Shown: positions 14,811-29,400 of the stretch, piece after piece | Layout: each line of letters begins with the position of its first letter | Numbering within the stretch: the stretch's first letter is position 1 | Assembly: GCA_964016885.1 (NCBI GenBank) | Contig: OZ024740.1 | Coordinates: forward strand, 415,462,001 to 415,526,000 | Direction of reading: 5' to 3' | Length of the DNA: 64,000 nt | DNA from: Eledone cirrhosa | Lineage: Eukaryota | Made by a program: the position numbers and the translations under genes | Notes under the pieces: model-generated | The model's database searches: none | Told to the model about the DNA's origin: nothing | What the model saw: the letters and a program-made list of their open reading frames with translations, nothing else

Positions 14811-17800
14811 AGAACACTCTGGGTATGGACATATGTTGTGTATGGGGGATGACAGTTAATCAGATATAGTGTGTAAGAGAGAACACTGTGGGTATGGACA
14901 TATGTTGTGTATGGGGGATGACAGTGAATCAGATATAGTGTGTAAGAGAGAACACTGTGGGTATGGACATATGTTGTGTATGGGGGAAGAGAGTGAATCA
15001 GATATAGTGTGTAAGAGAGAACACTGTGGGTATGGACATATGTTGTGTATGGGGGATGACAGTGAATCAGATATAGTGTGTAAGAGAGAACACTGTGGGT
15101 ATGGACATATGTTGTGTATGGGGGATGACAGTGAATAAGATATAGTGTGTAAGAGAGAACACTGTGGGTATGGACATATGTTGTGTATGGGGGATGACAG
15201 TGAATCAGATATAGTGTGTAAGAGAGAACACTGTGGGTATGGACATATGTTGTGTATGGGGGATGACAGTGAATCAGATATAGTGTGTAAGAGAGAACAC
15301 TGTGGGTATGGACATATGTTGTGTATGGGGGATGACAGTGAATCAGATATAGCGTGTAAGAGAGAACACTGTGGGTATGGACATATGTTGTGTATGGGGG
15401 ATGACAGTGAATCAGATATAGTGTGTAAGAGAGAACACTGTGGGTATGGACATATGTTGTGTATGGGGGAAGACAGTGAATCAGATATAGAGTGTAATAG
15501 AGAACACTGTGGGTATGGACATATGTTATGTACGGGGGATGACAGTGAATCAGATATAGAGTGTAAGAGAGAACACTGTGGGTATGGACATATGTTGTGT
15601 ATGGGGGATGACAGTGAATCATATATAGAGTGTAAGAGAGAACACTGTGGGTATGGACATATGTTGTGTATGTGGGATGACAGTAAATCAGATATAGAGT
15701 GTAAGAGAGAACACTGTGCGTATGGACATATGTTGTGTATGGGGGATGACAGTGAATCAGATATTGTGTGTAAGAGAGAACACTGTGGGTATGGACATAT
15801 GTTGTGTATGGGGGATGACAGTGAATCAGATGTAGTGTGTAAGAGAGAACACTGTGGGTATGGACATATGTTTTGTATGGGGGATGACAGTGAATAAGAT
15901 ATAGTGTGTAAGAGAGAACACTCTGGGTACGGACATATGTTTTGTATTGGGGATGACAGTAAATCAGATATAGAGTGTAAGAGAGAACACTGTGGGTATG
16001 GACATATGTTGTGTATGGGGGATGACAGTGAATCAGATATAGTTTGTAAGAGAGAACACTCTGGGTATGGACATATGTTGTGTATGGGGGATGACAGTTA
16101 ATCAGATATAGTGTGTAAGAGAGAACACTGTGGGTATGGACATATGTTGTGTATGGGGGATGACAGTGAATCAGATATAGTGTGTAAGAGAGAACACTGT
16201 GGGTATGGACATATGTTGTGTATGGGGGATGACAGGGAATCAGATATAGTGTGTAAGAGAGAACACTGTGGGTATGGACATATGTTGTGTATGGGGGATG
16301 ACAGTGAATCAGATATAGTGTGTAAGAGAGAACACTGTGGGTATGGACATATGTTGTGTATGGGGGATGACAGTGAATCAGATATAGCGTGTAAGAGAGA
16401 ACACTGTGGGTATGGACATATGTTGTGTATGGGGGATGACAGTGAATCAGATATAGTGTGTAAGAGAGAACACTCTGGGTATGGACATATGTTGTGTATG
16501 GGGGATGACAGTGAATCAGATATAGCGTGTAAGAGAGAACACTGTGGGTATGGACATATGTTGTGTATGGGGGATGACAGTGAATCAGATATAGTGTGTA
16601 AGAGAGAACACTCTGGGTATGGACATATGTTGTGTATGGGGGATGACAGTGAATCAGATATAGTGTGTAAGAGAGAACACTGTGGGTATGGACATATGTT
16701 GTGTATGGGGGATGACAGTGAATCAAATATAGTGTGTAAGAGAGAACACTGTGGGTATGGACAAATGTTGTGTATGGGGGATGACAGTGAATCAGATATA
16801 GTGTGTAAGAGAGAACACTGTGGGTATGGACATATGTTGTGTATGGGGGAAGAGAGTGAATCAGATATAGTGTGTAAGAGAGAACACTGTGGGTATGAAC
16901 ATATGTTGTGTATGGGGGATGACAGTGAATCAGATATAGTGTGTAAGAGAGAACACTGTGGGTATGGACATATGTTGTGTATGGGGGATGACAGTGAATA
17001 AGATATAGTGTGTAAGAGAGAACACTGTGGGTATGGACATATGTTGTGTATGGGGGATGACAGTGAATCAGATATAGTGTGTAAGAGAGAACACTGTGGG
17101 TATGGACATATGTTGTGTATGGGGGATGACAGTGAATAAGATATAGTGTGTAAGAGAGAACACTGTGGGTATGGACATATGTTGTGTATGGGGGATGACA
17201 GTGAATCAGATATAGCGTGTAAGAGAGAACACTGTGGGTATGGACATATGTTGTGTATGGGGGATGACAGTGAATCAGATATAGTGTGTAAGAGAGAACA
17301 CTGTGGGTATGGACATATGTTGTGTATGGGGGAAGACAGTGAATCAGATATAGAGTGTAAGAGAGAACACTGTGGGTATGGACATATGTTGTGTACGGGG
17401 GATGACAGTGAATCAGATATAGAGTGTAAGAGAGAACACTGTGGGTATGGACATATGTTGTGTATGGGGGATGACAGTGAATCATATATAGAGTGTAAGA
17501 GAGAACACTGTGGGTATGGACATATGTTGTGTATGGGGGATGACAGTAAATCAGATATAGAGTGTAAGAGAGAACACTGTGGGTATGGACATATGTTGTG
17601 TATGGGGGATGACAGTGAATCAGATATTGTGTGTAAGACAGAACACTGTGGGTATGGACATATGTTGTGTATGGGGGATGACAGTGAATCAGATGTAGTG
17701 TGTAAGAGAGAACACTGTGGGTATGGACATATGTTTTGTATGGGGGATGACAGTGAATAAGATATAGTGTGTAAGAGAGAACACTCTGGGTACGGACATA

Positions 17801-20800
17801 TGTTTTGTATTGGGGATGACAGTAATTCAGATATAGAGTGTAAGAGAGAACACTGTGGGTATGGACATATGTTGTGTATGGGGGATGACAGTGAATCAGA
17901 TATAGTGTGTAAGAGAGAACACTGTGGGTATGGACATATGTTGTGTATGGGGGATGACAGTGAATCAGATATAGTGTGTAAGAGAGAACACTGTGGGTAT
18001 GGACATATGTTGTGTATGGGGGATGACAGTGAATCAGATATAGTGTGTAAGAGAGAACACTGTGGGTATGGACATATGTTGTGTATGGGGGATGACAGTG
18101 AATCAGATATAGTGTGTAAGAGAGAACACTCTGGGCATGGACATATGTTGTGTATTGGGGATGACAGCAAATCAGATATAGAGTGTAAGAGAGAACACTG
18201 TGGGTATGGACATATGTTGTGTATGGGGGATGACAGTGAATCAGATATAGTGTGTAAGAGAGAACACTCTGGGTATGGACATATGTTGTGTATGGGGGAT
18301 GACAGTTAATCAGATATAGTGTGTAAGAGAGAACACTGTGGGTATGGACATATGTTGTGTATGGGGGATGACAGTGAATCAGATATAGTGTGTAAGAGAG
18401 AACACTGTGGGTATGGACATATGTTGTGTATGGGGGAAGAGAGTGAATCAGATATAGTGTGTAAGAGAGAACACTGTGGGTATGGACATATGTTGTGTAT
18501 GGGGGATGACAGTGAATCAGATATAGTGTGTAAGAGAGAACACTGTGGGTATGGACATATGTTGTGTATGGGGGATGACAGTGAATAAGATATAGTGTGT
18601 AAGAGAGAACACTGTGGGTATGGACATATGTTGTGTATGGGGGATGACAGTGAATCAGATATAGTGTGTAAGAGAGAACACTGTGGGTATGGACATATGT
18701 TGTGTATGGGGGATGACAGTGAATCAGATATAGTGTGTAAGAGAGAACACTGTGGGTATGGACATATGTTGTGTATGGGGGATGACAGTGAATCAGATAT
18801 AGCGTGTAAGAGAGAACACTGTGGGTATGGACATATGTTGTGTATGGGGGATGACAGTGAATCAGATATAGTGTGTAAGAGAGAACACTGTGGGTATGGA
18901 CATATGTTGTGTATGGGGGAAGACAGTGAATCAGATATAGAGTGTAATAGAGAACACTGTGGGTATGGACATATGTTATGTACGGGGGATGACAGTGAAT
19001 CAGATATAGAGTGTAAGAGAGAACACTGTGGGTATGGACATATGTTGTGTATGGGGGATGACAGTGAATCATATATAGAGTGTAAGAGAGAACACTGTGG
19101 GTATGGACATATGTTGTGTATGTGGGATGACAGTAAATCAGATATAGAGTGTAAGAGAGAACACTGTGCGTATGGACATATGTTGTGTATGGGGGATGAC
19201 AGTGAATCAGATATTGTGTGTAAGAGAGAACACTGTGGGTATGGACATATGTTGTGTATGGGGGATGACAGTGAATCAGATGTAGTGTGTAAGAGAGAAC
19301 ACTGTGGGTATGGACATATGTTTTGTATGGGGGATGACAGTGAATAAGATATAGTGTGTAAGAGAGAACACTCTGGGTACGGACATATGTTTTGTATTGG
19401 GGATGACAGTAAATCAGATATAGAGTGTAAGAGAGAACACTGTGGGTATGGACATATGTTGTGTATGGGGGATGACAGTGAATCAGATATAGTTTGTAAG
19501 AGAGAACACTCTGGGTATGGACATATGTTGTGTATGGGGGATGACAGTTAATCAGATATAGTGTGTAAGAGAGAACACTGTGGGTATGGACATATGTTGT
19601 GTATGGGGGATGACAGTGAATCAGATATAGTGTGTAAGAGAGAACACTGTGGGTATGGACATATGTTGTGTATGGGGGATGACAGGGAATCAGATATAGT
19701 GTGTAAGAGAGAACACTGTGGGTATGGACATATGTTGTGTATGGGGGATGACAGTGAATCAGATATAGTGTGTAAGAGAGAACACTGTGGGTATGGACAT
19801 ATGTTGTGTATGGGGGATGACAGTGAATCAGATATAGCGTGTAAGAGAGAACACTGTGGGTATGGACATATGTTGTGTATGGGGGATGACAGTGAATCAG
19901 ATATAGTGTGTAAGAGAGAACACTGTGGGTATGGACATATGTTGTGTATGGGGGAAGACAGTGAATCAGATATAGAGTGTAAGAGAGAACACTGTGGGTA
20001 TGGACATATGTTGTGTACGGGGGATGACAGTGAATCAGATATAGAGTGTAAGAGAGAACACTGTGGGTATGGACATATGTTGTGTATGGGGGATGACAGT
20101 GAATCATATATAGAGTGTAAGAGAGAACACTGTGGGTATGGACATATGTTGTGTATGGGGGATGACAGTAAATCAGATATAGAGTGTAAGAGAGAACACT
20201 GTGGGTATGGACATATGTTGTGTATGGGGGATGACAGTGAATCAGATATTGTGTGTAAGACAGAACACTGTGGGTATGGACATATGTTGTGTATGGGGGA
20301 TGACAGTGAATCAGATGTAGTGTGTAAGAGAGAACACTGTGGGTATGGACATATGTTTTGTATGGGGGATGACAGTGAATAAGATATAGTGTGTAAGAGA
20401 GAACACTCTGGGTACGGACATATGTTTTGTATTGGGGATGACAGTAATTCAGATATAGAGTGTAAGAGAGAACACTGTGGGTATGGACATATGTTGTGTA
20501 TGGGGGATGACAGTGAATCAGATATAGTGTGTAAGAGAGAACACTGTGGGTATGGACATATGTTGTGTATGGGGGATGACAGTGAATCAGATATAGTGTG
20601 TAAGAGAGAACACTGTGGGTATGGACATATGTTGTGTATGGGGGATGACAGTGAATCAGATATAGTGTGTAAGAGAGAACACTGTGGGTATGGACATATG
20701 TTGTGTATGGGGGATGACAGTGAATCAGATATAGTGTGTAAGAGAGAACACTCTGGGCATGGACATATGTTGTGTATTGGGGATGACAGCAAATCAGATA

Positions 20801-23800
20801 TAGAGTGTAAGAGAGAACACTGTGGGTATGGACATATGTTGTGTATGGGGGATGACAGTGAATCAGATATAGTGTGTAAGAGAGAACACTGTGGGTATGG
20901 ACATATGTTGTGTATGGTGGAAGAGAGTGAATGAGATATAGTGTGTAAGAGAGAACACTGTGGGTATGGACATATGTTGTGTATGGGGGATGACAGTGAA
21001 TCAGATATAGTGTGTAAGAGAGAACACTGTGGGTATGGACATATGTTGTGTATGGGGGATGACAGTGAATAAGATATAGTGTGTAAGAGAGAACACTGTG
21101 GGTATGGACATATGTTGTGTATGGGGGATGACAGTGAATCAGATATAGTGTGTAAGAGAGAACACTGTGGGTATGGACATATGTTGTGTATGGGGGATGA
21201 CAGTGAATCAGATATAGTGTGTAAGAGAGAACACTGTGGGTATGGACATATGTTGTGTATGGGGGATGACAGTGAATCAGATATAGCGTGTAAGAGAGAA
21301 CACTGTGGGTATGGACATATGTTGTGTATGGGGGATGACAGTGAATCAGATATAGTGTGTAAGAGAGAACACTGTGGGTATGGACATATGTTGTGTATGG
21401 GGGAAGACAGTGAATCAGATATAGAGTGTAATAGAGAACACTGTGGATATGGACATATGTTATGTACGGGGGATGACAGTGAATCAGATATAGAGTGTAA
21501 GAGAGAACACTGTGGGTATGGACATATGTTGTGTATGGGGGATGACAGTGAATCATATATAGAGTGTAAGAGAGAACACTGTGGGTATGGACATATGTTG
21601 TGTATGGGGGATGACAGTAAATCAGATATAGAGTGTAAGAGAGAACACTGTGCGTATGGACATATGTTGTGTATGGGGGATGACAGTGAATCAGATATTG
21701 TGTGTAAGAGAGAACACTGTGGGTATGGACATATGTTGTGTATGGGGGATGACAGTGAATCAGATGTAGTGTGTAAGAGAGAACACTGTGGGTATGGACA
21801 TATGTTTTGTATGGGGGATGACAGTGAATAAGATATAGTGTGTAAGAGAGAACACTCTGGGTACGGACATATGTTTTGTATTGGGGATGACAGTAAATCA
21901 GATATAGAGTGTAAGAGAGAACACTGTGGGTATGGACATATGTTGTGTATGGGGGATGACAGTGAATCAGATATAGTTTGTAAGAGAGAACACTCTGGGT
22001 ATGGACATATGTTGTGTATGGGGGATGACAGTTAATCAGATATAGTGTGTAAGAGAGAACACTGTGGGTATGGACATATGTTGTGTATGGGGGATGACAG
22101 TGAATCAGATATAGTGTGTAAGAGAGAACACTGTGGGTATGGACATATGTTGTGTATGGGGGATGACAGGGAATCAGATATAGTGTGTAAGAGAGAACAC
22201 TGTGGGTATGGACATATGTTGTGTATGGGGGATGACAGAGAATCAGATATAGTGTGTAAGAGAGAACACTGTGGGTATGGACATATGTTGTGTATGGGGG
22301 ATGACAGTAAATAAGTTATAGTGTGTAAGAGACAACACTGTGGGTATGGACATATGTTGTGTATGGTGGTTGACAGTGAATCAGATATAGTGTGTAAGAG
22401 AGAACACTGTGGCTATGGACATATGTTGTGTAAGGTGGTTGACAGTGAATCAGATATAGTGTGTAAGAGAGAACACTGTGGGTATGGACATATGTTGTGT
22501 ATGGGGTATGACAGTCAATCAGATATAGAGTGTAAGAGAGAACACTGTGGGTATGGACATATGTTGTGTATGGGGGATGACAGTGAATCAGATATAGTGT
22601 GTAAGATAGAACACTGTGGGTATGGACATATGTTGTGTATGGGGGATGACAGTGAATCAGATATAGTGTGTAAGAGAGAACACTGTGGGTATGGACATAT
22701 GTTGTGTATGGGGGATGACAGTGAATCAGATATAGTGTGTAAGAGAGAACATATGTTGTGTATGGGGGATGACAGTGAATCAGATATAGTGTGTAAGAGA
22801 GAACACTGTGGGTATGGACATATGTTGTGTATGGGGGATGACAGTGAATCAGATATAGTGTGTAAGAGAGAACACTGTGGGTATGGACATATGTTGTGTA
22901 TGGGGGATGACAGTGAATCAGATATAGTGTGTAAGAGAGAACACTGTGGGTATGGACATATGTTGTGTATGGGGGATGACAGTGAATCAGATATAGTGTG
23001 TAAGAGAGAACACTGTGGGTATGGACATATGTTGTGTATGGGGGATGACAGTGAATCAGATATAGTGTGTAAGAGAGAACACTGTGGGTATGGACATATG
23101 TTGTGTATGGGGGATGACAGTGAATCAGATATAGTGTGTAAGAGAGAACACTCTGGGTATGGACATATGTTGTGTATGGGGGATGACAGTGAATCAGATA
23201 TAGTGTGTAAGAGAGAACACTGTGGGTATGGACATATGTTGTGTATGGGGGATGACAGTGAATCAAATATAGTGTGTAAGAGAGAACACTGTGGGTATGG
23301 ACATATGTTGTGTATGGGGGATGACAGTGAATCAGATATAGTGTGTAAGAGAGAACACTGTGGGTATGGACATATGTTGTGTATGGGGGAAGAGAGTGAA
23401 TCAGATATAGTGTGTAAGAGAGAACACTGTGGGTATGAACATATGTTGTGTATGGGGGATGACAGTGAATCAGATATAGTGTGTAAGAGAGAACACTGTG
23501 GGTATGGACATATGTTGTGTATGGGGGATGACAGTGAATAAGATATAGTGTGTAAGAGAGAACACTGTGGGTATGGACATATGTTGTGTATGGGGGATGA
23601 CAGTGAATCAGATATAGTGTGTAAGAGAGAACACTGTGGGTATGGACATATGTTGTGTATGGGGGATGACAGTGAATAAGATATAGTGTGTAAGAGAGAA
23701 CACTGTGGGTATGGACATATGTTGTGTATGGGGGATGACAGTGAATCAGATATAGCGTGTAAGAGAGAACACTGTGGGTATGGACATATGTTGTGTATGG

Positions 23801-26290
23801 GGGATGACAGTGAATCAGATATAGTGTGTAAGAGAGAACACTGTGGGTATGGACATATGTTGTGTATGGGGGAAGACAGTGAATCAGATATAGAGTGTAA
23901 GAGAGAACACTGTGGGTATGGACATATGTTGTGTACGGGGGATGACAGTGAATCAGATATAGAGTGTAAGAGAGAACACTGTGGGTATGGACATATGTTG
24001 TGTATGGGGGATGACAGTGAATCATATATAGAGTGTAAGAGAGAACACTGTGGGTATGGACATATGTTGTGTATGGGGGATGACAGTAAATCAGATATAG
24101 AGTGTAAGAGAGAACACTGTGGGTATGGACATATGTTGTGTATGGGGGATGACAGTGAATCAGATATTGTGTGTAAGACAGAACACTGTGGGTATGGACA
24201 TATGTTGTGTATGGGGGATGACAGTGAATCAGATGTAGTGTGTAAGAGAGAACACTGTGGGTATGGACATATGTTTTGTATGGGGGATGACAGTGAATAA
24301 GATATAGTGTGTAAGAGAGAACACTCTGGGTACGGACATATGTTTTGTATTGGGGATGACAGTAATTCAGATATAGAGTGTAAGAGAGAACACTGTGGGT
24401 ATGGACATATGTTGTGTATGGGGGATGACAGTGAATCAGATATAGTGTGTAAGAGAGAACACTGTGGGTATGGACATATGTTGTGTATGGGGGATGACAG
24501 TGAATCAGATATAGTGTGTAAGAGAGAACACTGTGGGTATGGACATATGTTGTGTATGGGGGATGACAGTGAATCAGATATAGTGTGTAAGAGAGAACAC
24601 TGTGGGTATGGACATATGTTGTGTATGGGGGATGACAGTGAATCAGATATAGTGTGTAAGAGAGAACACTCTGGGCATGGACATATGTTGTGTATTGGGG
24701 ATGACAGCAAATCAGATATAGAGTGTAAGAGAGAACACTGTGGGTATGGACATATGTTGTGTATGGGGGATGACAGTGAATCAGATATAGTGTGTAAGAG
24801 AGAACACTCTGGGTATGGACATATGTTGTGTATGGGGGATGACAGTTAATCAGATATAGTGTGTAAGAGAGAACACTGTGGGTATGGACATATGTTGTGT
24901 ATGGGGGATGACAGTGAATCAGATATAGTGTGTAAGAGAGAACACTGTGGGTATGGACATATGTTGTGTATGGGGGAAGAGAGTGAATCAGATATAGTGT
25001 GTAAGAGAGAACACTGTGGGTATGGACATATGTTGTGTATGGGGGATGACAGTGAATCAGATATAGTGTGTAAGAGAGAACACTGTGGGTATGGACATAT
25101 GTTGTGTATGGGGGATGACAGTGAATAAGATATAGTGTGTAAGAGAGAACACTGTGGGTATGGACATATGTTGTGTATGGGGGATGACAGTGAATCAGAT
25201 ATAGTGTGTAAGAGAGAACACTGTGGGTATGGACATATGTTGTGTATGGGGGATGACAGTGAATCAGATATAGTGTGTAAGAGAGAACACTGTGGGTATG
25301 GACATATGTTGTGTATGGGGGATGACAGTGAATCAGATATAGCGTGTAAGAGAGAACACTGTGGGTATGGACATATGTTGTGTATGGGGGATGACAGTGA
25401 ATCAGATATAGTGTGTAAGAGAGAACACTGTGGGTATGGACATATGTTGTGTATGGGGGAAGACAGTGAATCAGATATAGAGTGTAATAGAGAACACTGT
25501 GGGTATGGACATATGTTATGTACGGGGGATGACAGTGAATCAGATATAGAGTGTAAGAGAGAACACTGTGGGTATGGACATATGTTGTGTATGGGGGATG
25601 ACAGTGAATCATATATAGAGTGTAAGAGAGAACACTGTGGGTATGGACATATGTTGTGTATGGGGGATGACAGTAAATCAGATATAGAGTGTAAGAGAGA
25701 ACACTGTGCGTATGGACATATGTTGTGTATGGGGGATGACAGTGAATCAGATATTGTGTGTAAGAGAGAACACTGTGGGTATGGACATATGTTGTGTATG
25801 GGGGATGACAGTGAATCAGATGTAGTGTGTAAGAGAGAACACTGTGGGTATGGACATATGTTTTGTATGGGGGATGACAGTGAATAAGACATAGTGTGTA
25901 AGAGAGAACACTCTGGGTACGGACATATGTTTTGTATTGGGGATGACAGTAAATCAGATATAGAGTGTAAGAGAGAACACTGTGGGTATGGACATATGTT
26001 GTGTATGGGGGATGACAGTGAATCAGATATAGTTTGTAAGAGAGAACACTCTGGGTATGGACATATGTTGTGTATGGGGGATGACAGTTAATCAGATATA
26101 GTGTGTAAGAGAGAACACTGTGGGTATGGACATATGTTGTGTATGGGGGATGACAGTGAATCAGATATAGTGTGTAAGAGAGAACACTGTGGGTATGGAC
26201 ATATGTTGTGTATGGGGGATGACAGGGAATCAGATATAGTGTGTAAGAGAGAACACTGTGGGTATGGACATATGTTGTGTATGGGGGATG
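9700..26290. repeat. About 6.6-kb block duplicated at a 9990-bp offset (about 9700-16300 vs 19690-26290)
   Basis: ORF starts 10399/20389, 11089/21079, 12331/22321, 14317/24307, 15904/25894. I saw only a few differences (e.g. 10766, 13314, 15673, 25890). Confidence 0.85.
13080..19920. repeat. Higher-order tandem duplication, 3450-bp period (50 monomers)
   Basis: ORF starts 13696/17146, 14317/17767, 15145/18595, 16111/19561; private variant ggacaaatg occurs at both 13314 and 16764. Confidence 0.88.
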
Positions 26291-26429
26291 ACAGAGAATC
26301 AGATATAGTGTGTAAGAGAGAACACTGTGGGTATGGACATATGTTGTGTATGGGGGATGACAGTGAATCAGATATAGAGTGTAAGAGAGAACACTGTGGG
26401 TATGGACATATGTTGTGTATGGGAGATGA

Positions 26430-29400
26430 CAGTAAATAAGTTATAGTGTGTAAGAGACAACACTGTGGGTATGGACATATGTTGTGTATGGTGGTTGACA
26501 GTGAATCAGATATAGTGTGTAAGAGAGAACACTGTGGCTATGGACATATGTTGTGTAAGGTGGTTGACAGTGAATCAGATATAGTGTGTAAGAGAGAACA
26601 CTGTGGGTATGGACATATGTTGTGTATGGGGTATGACAGTCAATCAGATATAGAGTGTAAGAGAGAACACTGTGGGTATGGACATATGTTGTGTATGGGG
26701 GATGACAGTGAATCAGATATAGTGTGTAAGATAGAACACTGTGGGTATGGACATATGTTGTGTATGGGGGATGACAGTGAATCAGATATAGTGTGTAAGA
26801 GAGAACACTGTGGGTATGGACATATGTTGTGTATGGGGGATGACAGTGAATCAGATATAGTGTGTAAGAGAGAACATATGTTGTGTATGGGGGATGACAG
26901 TGAATCAGATATAGTGTGTAAGAGAGAACACTGTGGGTATGGACATATGTTGTGTATGGGGGATGACAGTGAATCAGATATAGTGTGTAAGAGAGAACAC
27001 TGTGGGTATGGACATATGTTGTGTATGGGGGATGACAGTGAATCAGATATAGTGTGTAAGAGAGAACACTGTGGGTATGGACATATGTTGTGTATGGGGG
27101 ATGACAGTGAATCAGATATAGTGTGTAAGAGAGAACACTGTGGGTATGGACATATGTTGTGTATGGGGGATGACAGTGAATCAGATATAGTGTGTAAGAG
27201 AGAACACTCTGGGTATGGACATATGTTGTGTATGGGGGATGACAGTGAATCAGATATAGTGTGTAAGAGAGAACACTGTGGGTATGGACATATGTTGTGT
27301 ATGGGGGATGACAGTGAATCAAATATAGTGTGTAAGAGAGAACACTGTGGGTATGGACATATGTTGTGTATGGGGGATGACAGTGAATCAGATATAGTGT
27401 GTAAGAGAGAACACTGTGGGTATGGACATATGTTGTGTATGGGGGAAGAGAGTGAATCAGATATAGTGTGTAAGAGAGAACACTGTGGGTATGGACATAT
27501 GTTGTGTATGGGGGATGACAGTGAATCAGATATAGTGTGTAAGAGAGAACACTGTGGGTATGGACATATGTTGTGTATGGGGGATGACAGTGAATCAGAT
27601 ATAGAGTGTAAGAGAGAACACTGTGGGTATGGACATATGTTGTGTATGGGAGATGACAGTAAATAAGTTATAGTGTGTAAGAGACAACACTGTGGGTATG
27701 GACATATGTTGTGTATGGTGGTTGACAGTGAATCAGATATAGTGTGTAAGAGAGAACACTGTGGCTATGGACATATGTTGTGTAAGGTGGTTGACAGTGA
27801 ATCAGATATAGTGTGTAAGAGAGAACACTGTGGGTATGGACATATGTTGTGTATGGGGTATGACAGTCAATCAGATATAGAGTGTAAGAGAGAACACTGT
27901 GGGTATGGACATATGTTGTGTATGGGGGATGACAGTGAATCAGATATAGTGTGTAAGATAGAACACTGTGGGTATGGACATATGTTGTGTATGGGGGATG
28001 ACAGTGAATCAGATATAGTGTGTAAGAGAGAACACTGTGGGTATGGACATATGTTGTGTATGGGGGATGACAGTGAATCAGATATAGTGTGTAAGAGAGA
28101 ACATATGTTGTGTATGGGGGATGACAGTGAATCAGATATAGTGTGTAAGAGAGAACACTGTGGGTATGGACATATGTTGTGTATGGGGGATGACAGTGAA
28201 TCAGATATAGTGTGTAAGAGAGAACACTGTGGGTATGGACATATGTTGTGTATGGGGGATGACAGTGAATCAGATATAGTGTGTAAGAGAGAACACTGTG
28301 GGTATGGACATATGTTGTGTATGGGGGATGACAGTGAATCAGATATAGTGTGTAAGAGAGAACACTGTGGGTATGGACATATGTTGTGTATGGGGGATGA
28401 CAGTGAATCAGATATAGTGTGTAAGAGAGAACACTCTGGGTATGGACATATGTTGTGTATGGGGGATGACAGTGAATCAGATATAGTGTGTAAGAGAGAA
28501 CACTGTGGGTATGGACATATGTTGTGTATGGGGGATGACAGTGAATCAAATATAGTGTGTAAGAGAGAACACTGTGGGTATGGACATATGTTGTGTATGG
28601 GGGATGACAGTGAATCAGATATAGTGTGTAAGAGAGAACACTGTGGGTATGGACATATGTTGTGTATGGGGGAAGAGAGTGAATCAGATATAGTGTGTAA
28701 GAGAGAACACTGTGGGTATGGACATATGTTGTGTATGGGGGATGACAGTGAATCAGATATAGTGTGTAAGAGAGAACACTGTGGGTATGGACATATGTTG
28801 TGTATGGGGGATGACAGTGAATAAGATATAGTGTGTAAGAGAGAACACTGTGGGTATGGACATATGTTGTGTATGGGGGATGACAGTGAATCAGATATAG
28901 TGTGTAAGAGAGAACACTGTGGGTATGGACATATGTTGTGTATGGGGGATGACAGTGAATCAGATATAGTGTGTAAGAGAGAACACTGTGGGTATGGACA
29001 TATGTTGTGTATGGGGGATGACAGTGAATCAGATATAGCGTGTAAGAGAGAACACTGTGGGTATGGACATATGTTGTGTATGGGGGATGACAGTGAATCA
29101 GATATAGTGTGTAAGAGAGAACACTGTGGGTATGGACATATGTTGTGTATGGGGGAAGACAGTGAATCAGATATAGAGTGTAATAGAGAACACTGTGGGT
29201 ATGGACATATGTTATGTACGGGGGATGACAGTGAATCAGATATAGAGTGTAAGAGAGAACACTGTGGGTATGGACATATGTTGTGTATGGGGGATGACAG
29301 TGAATCATATATAGAGTGTAAGAGAGAACACTGTGGGTATGGACATATGTTGTGTATGGGGGATGACAGTAAATCAGATATAGAGTGTAAGAGAGAACAC

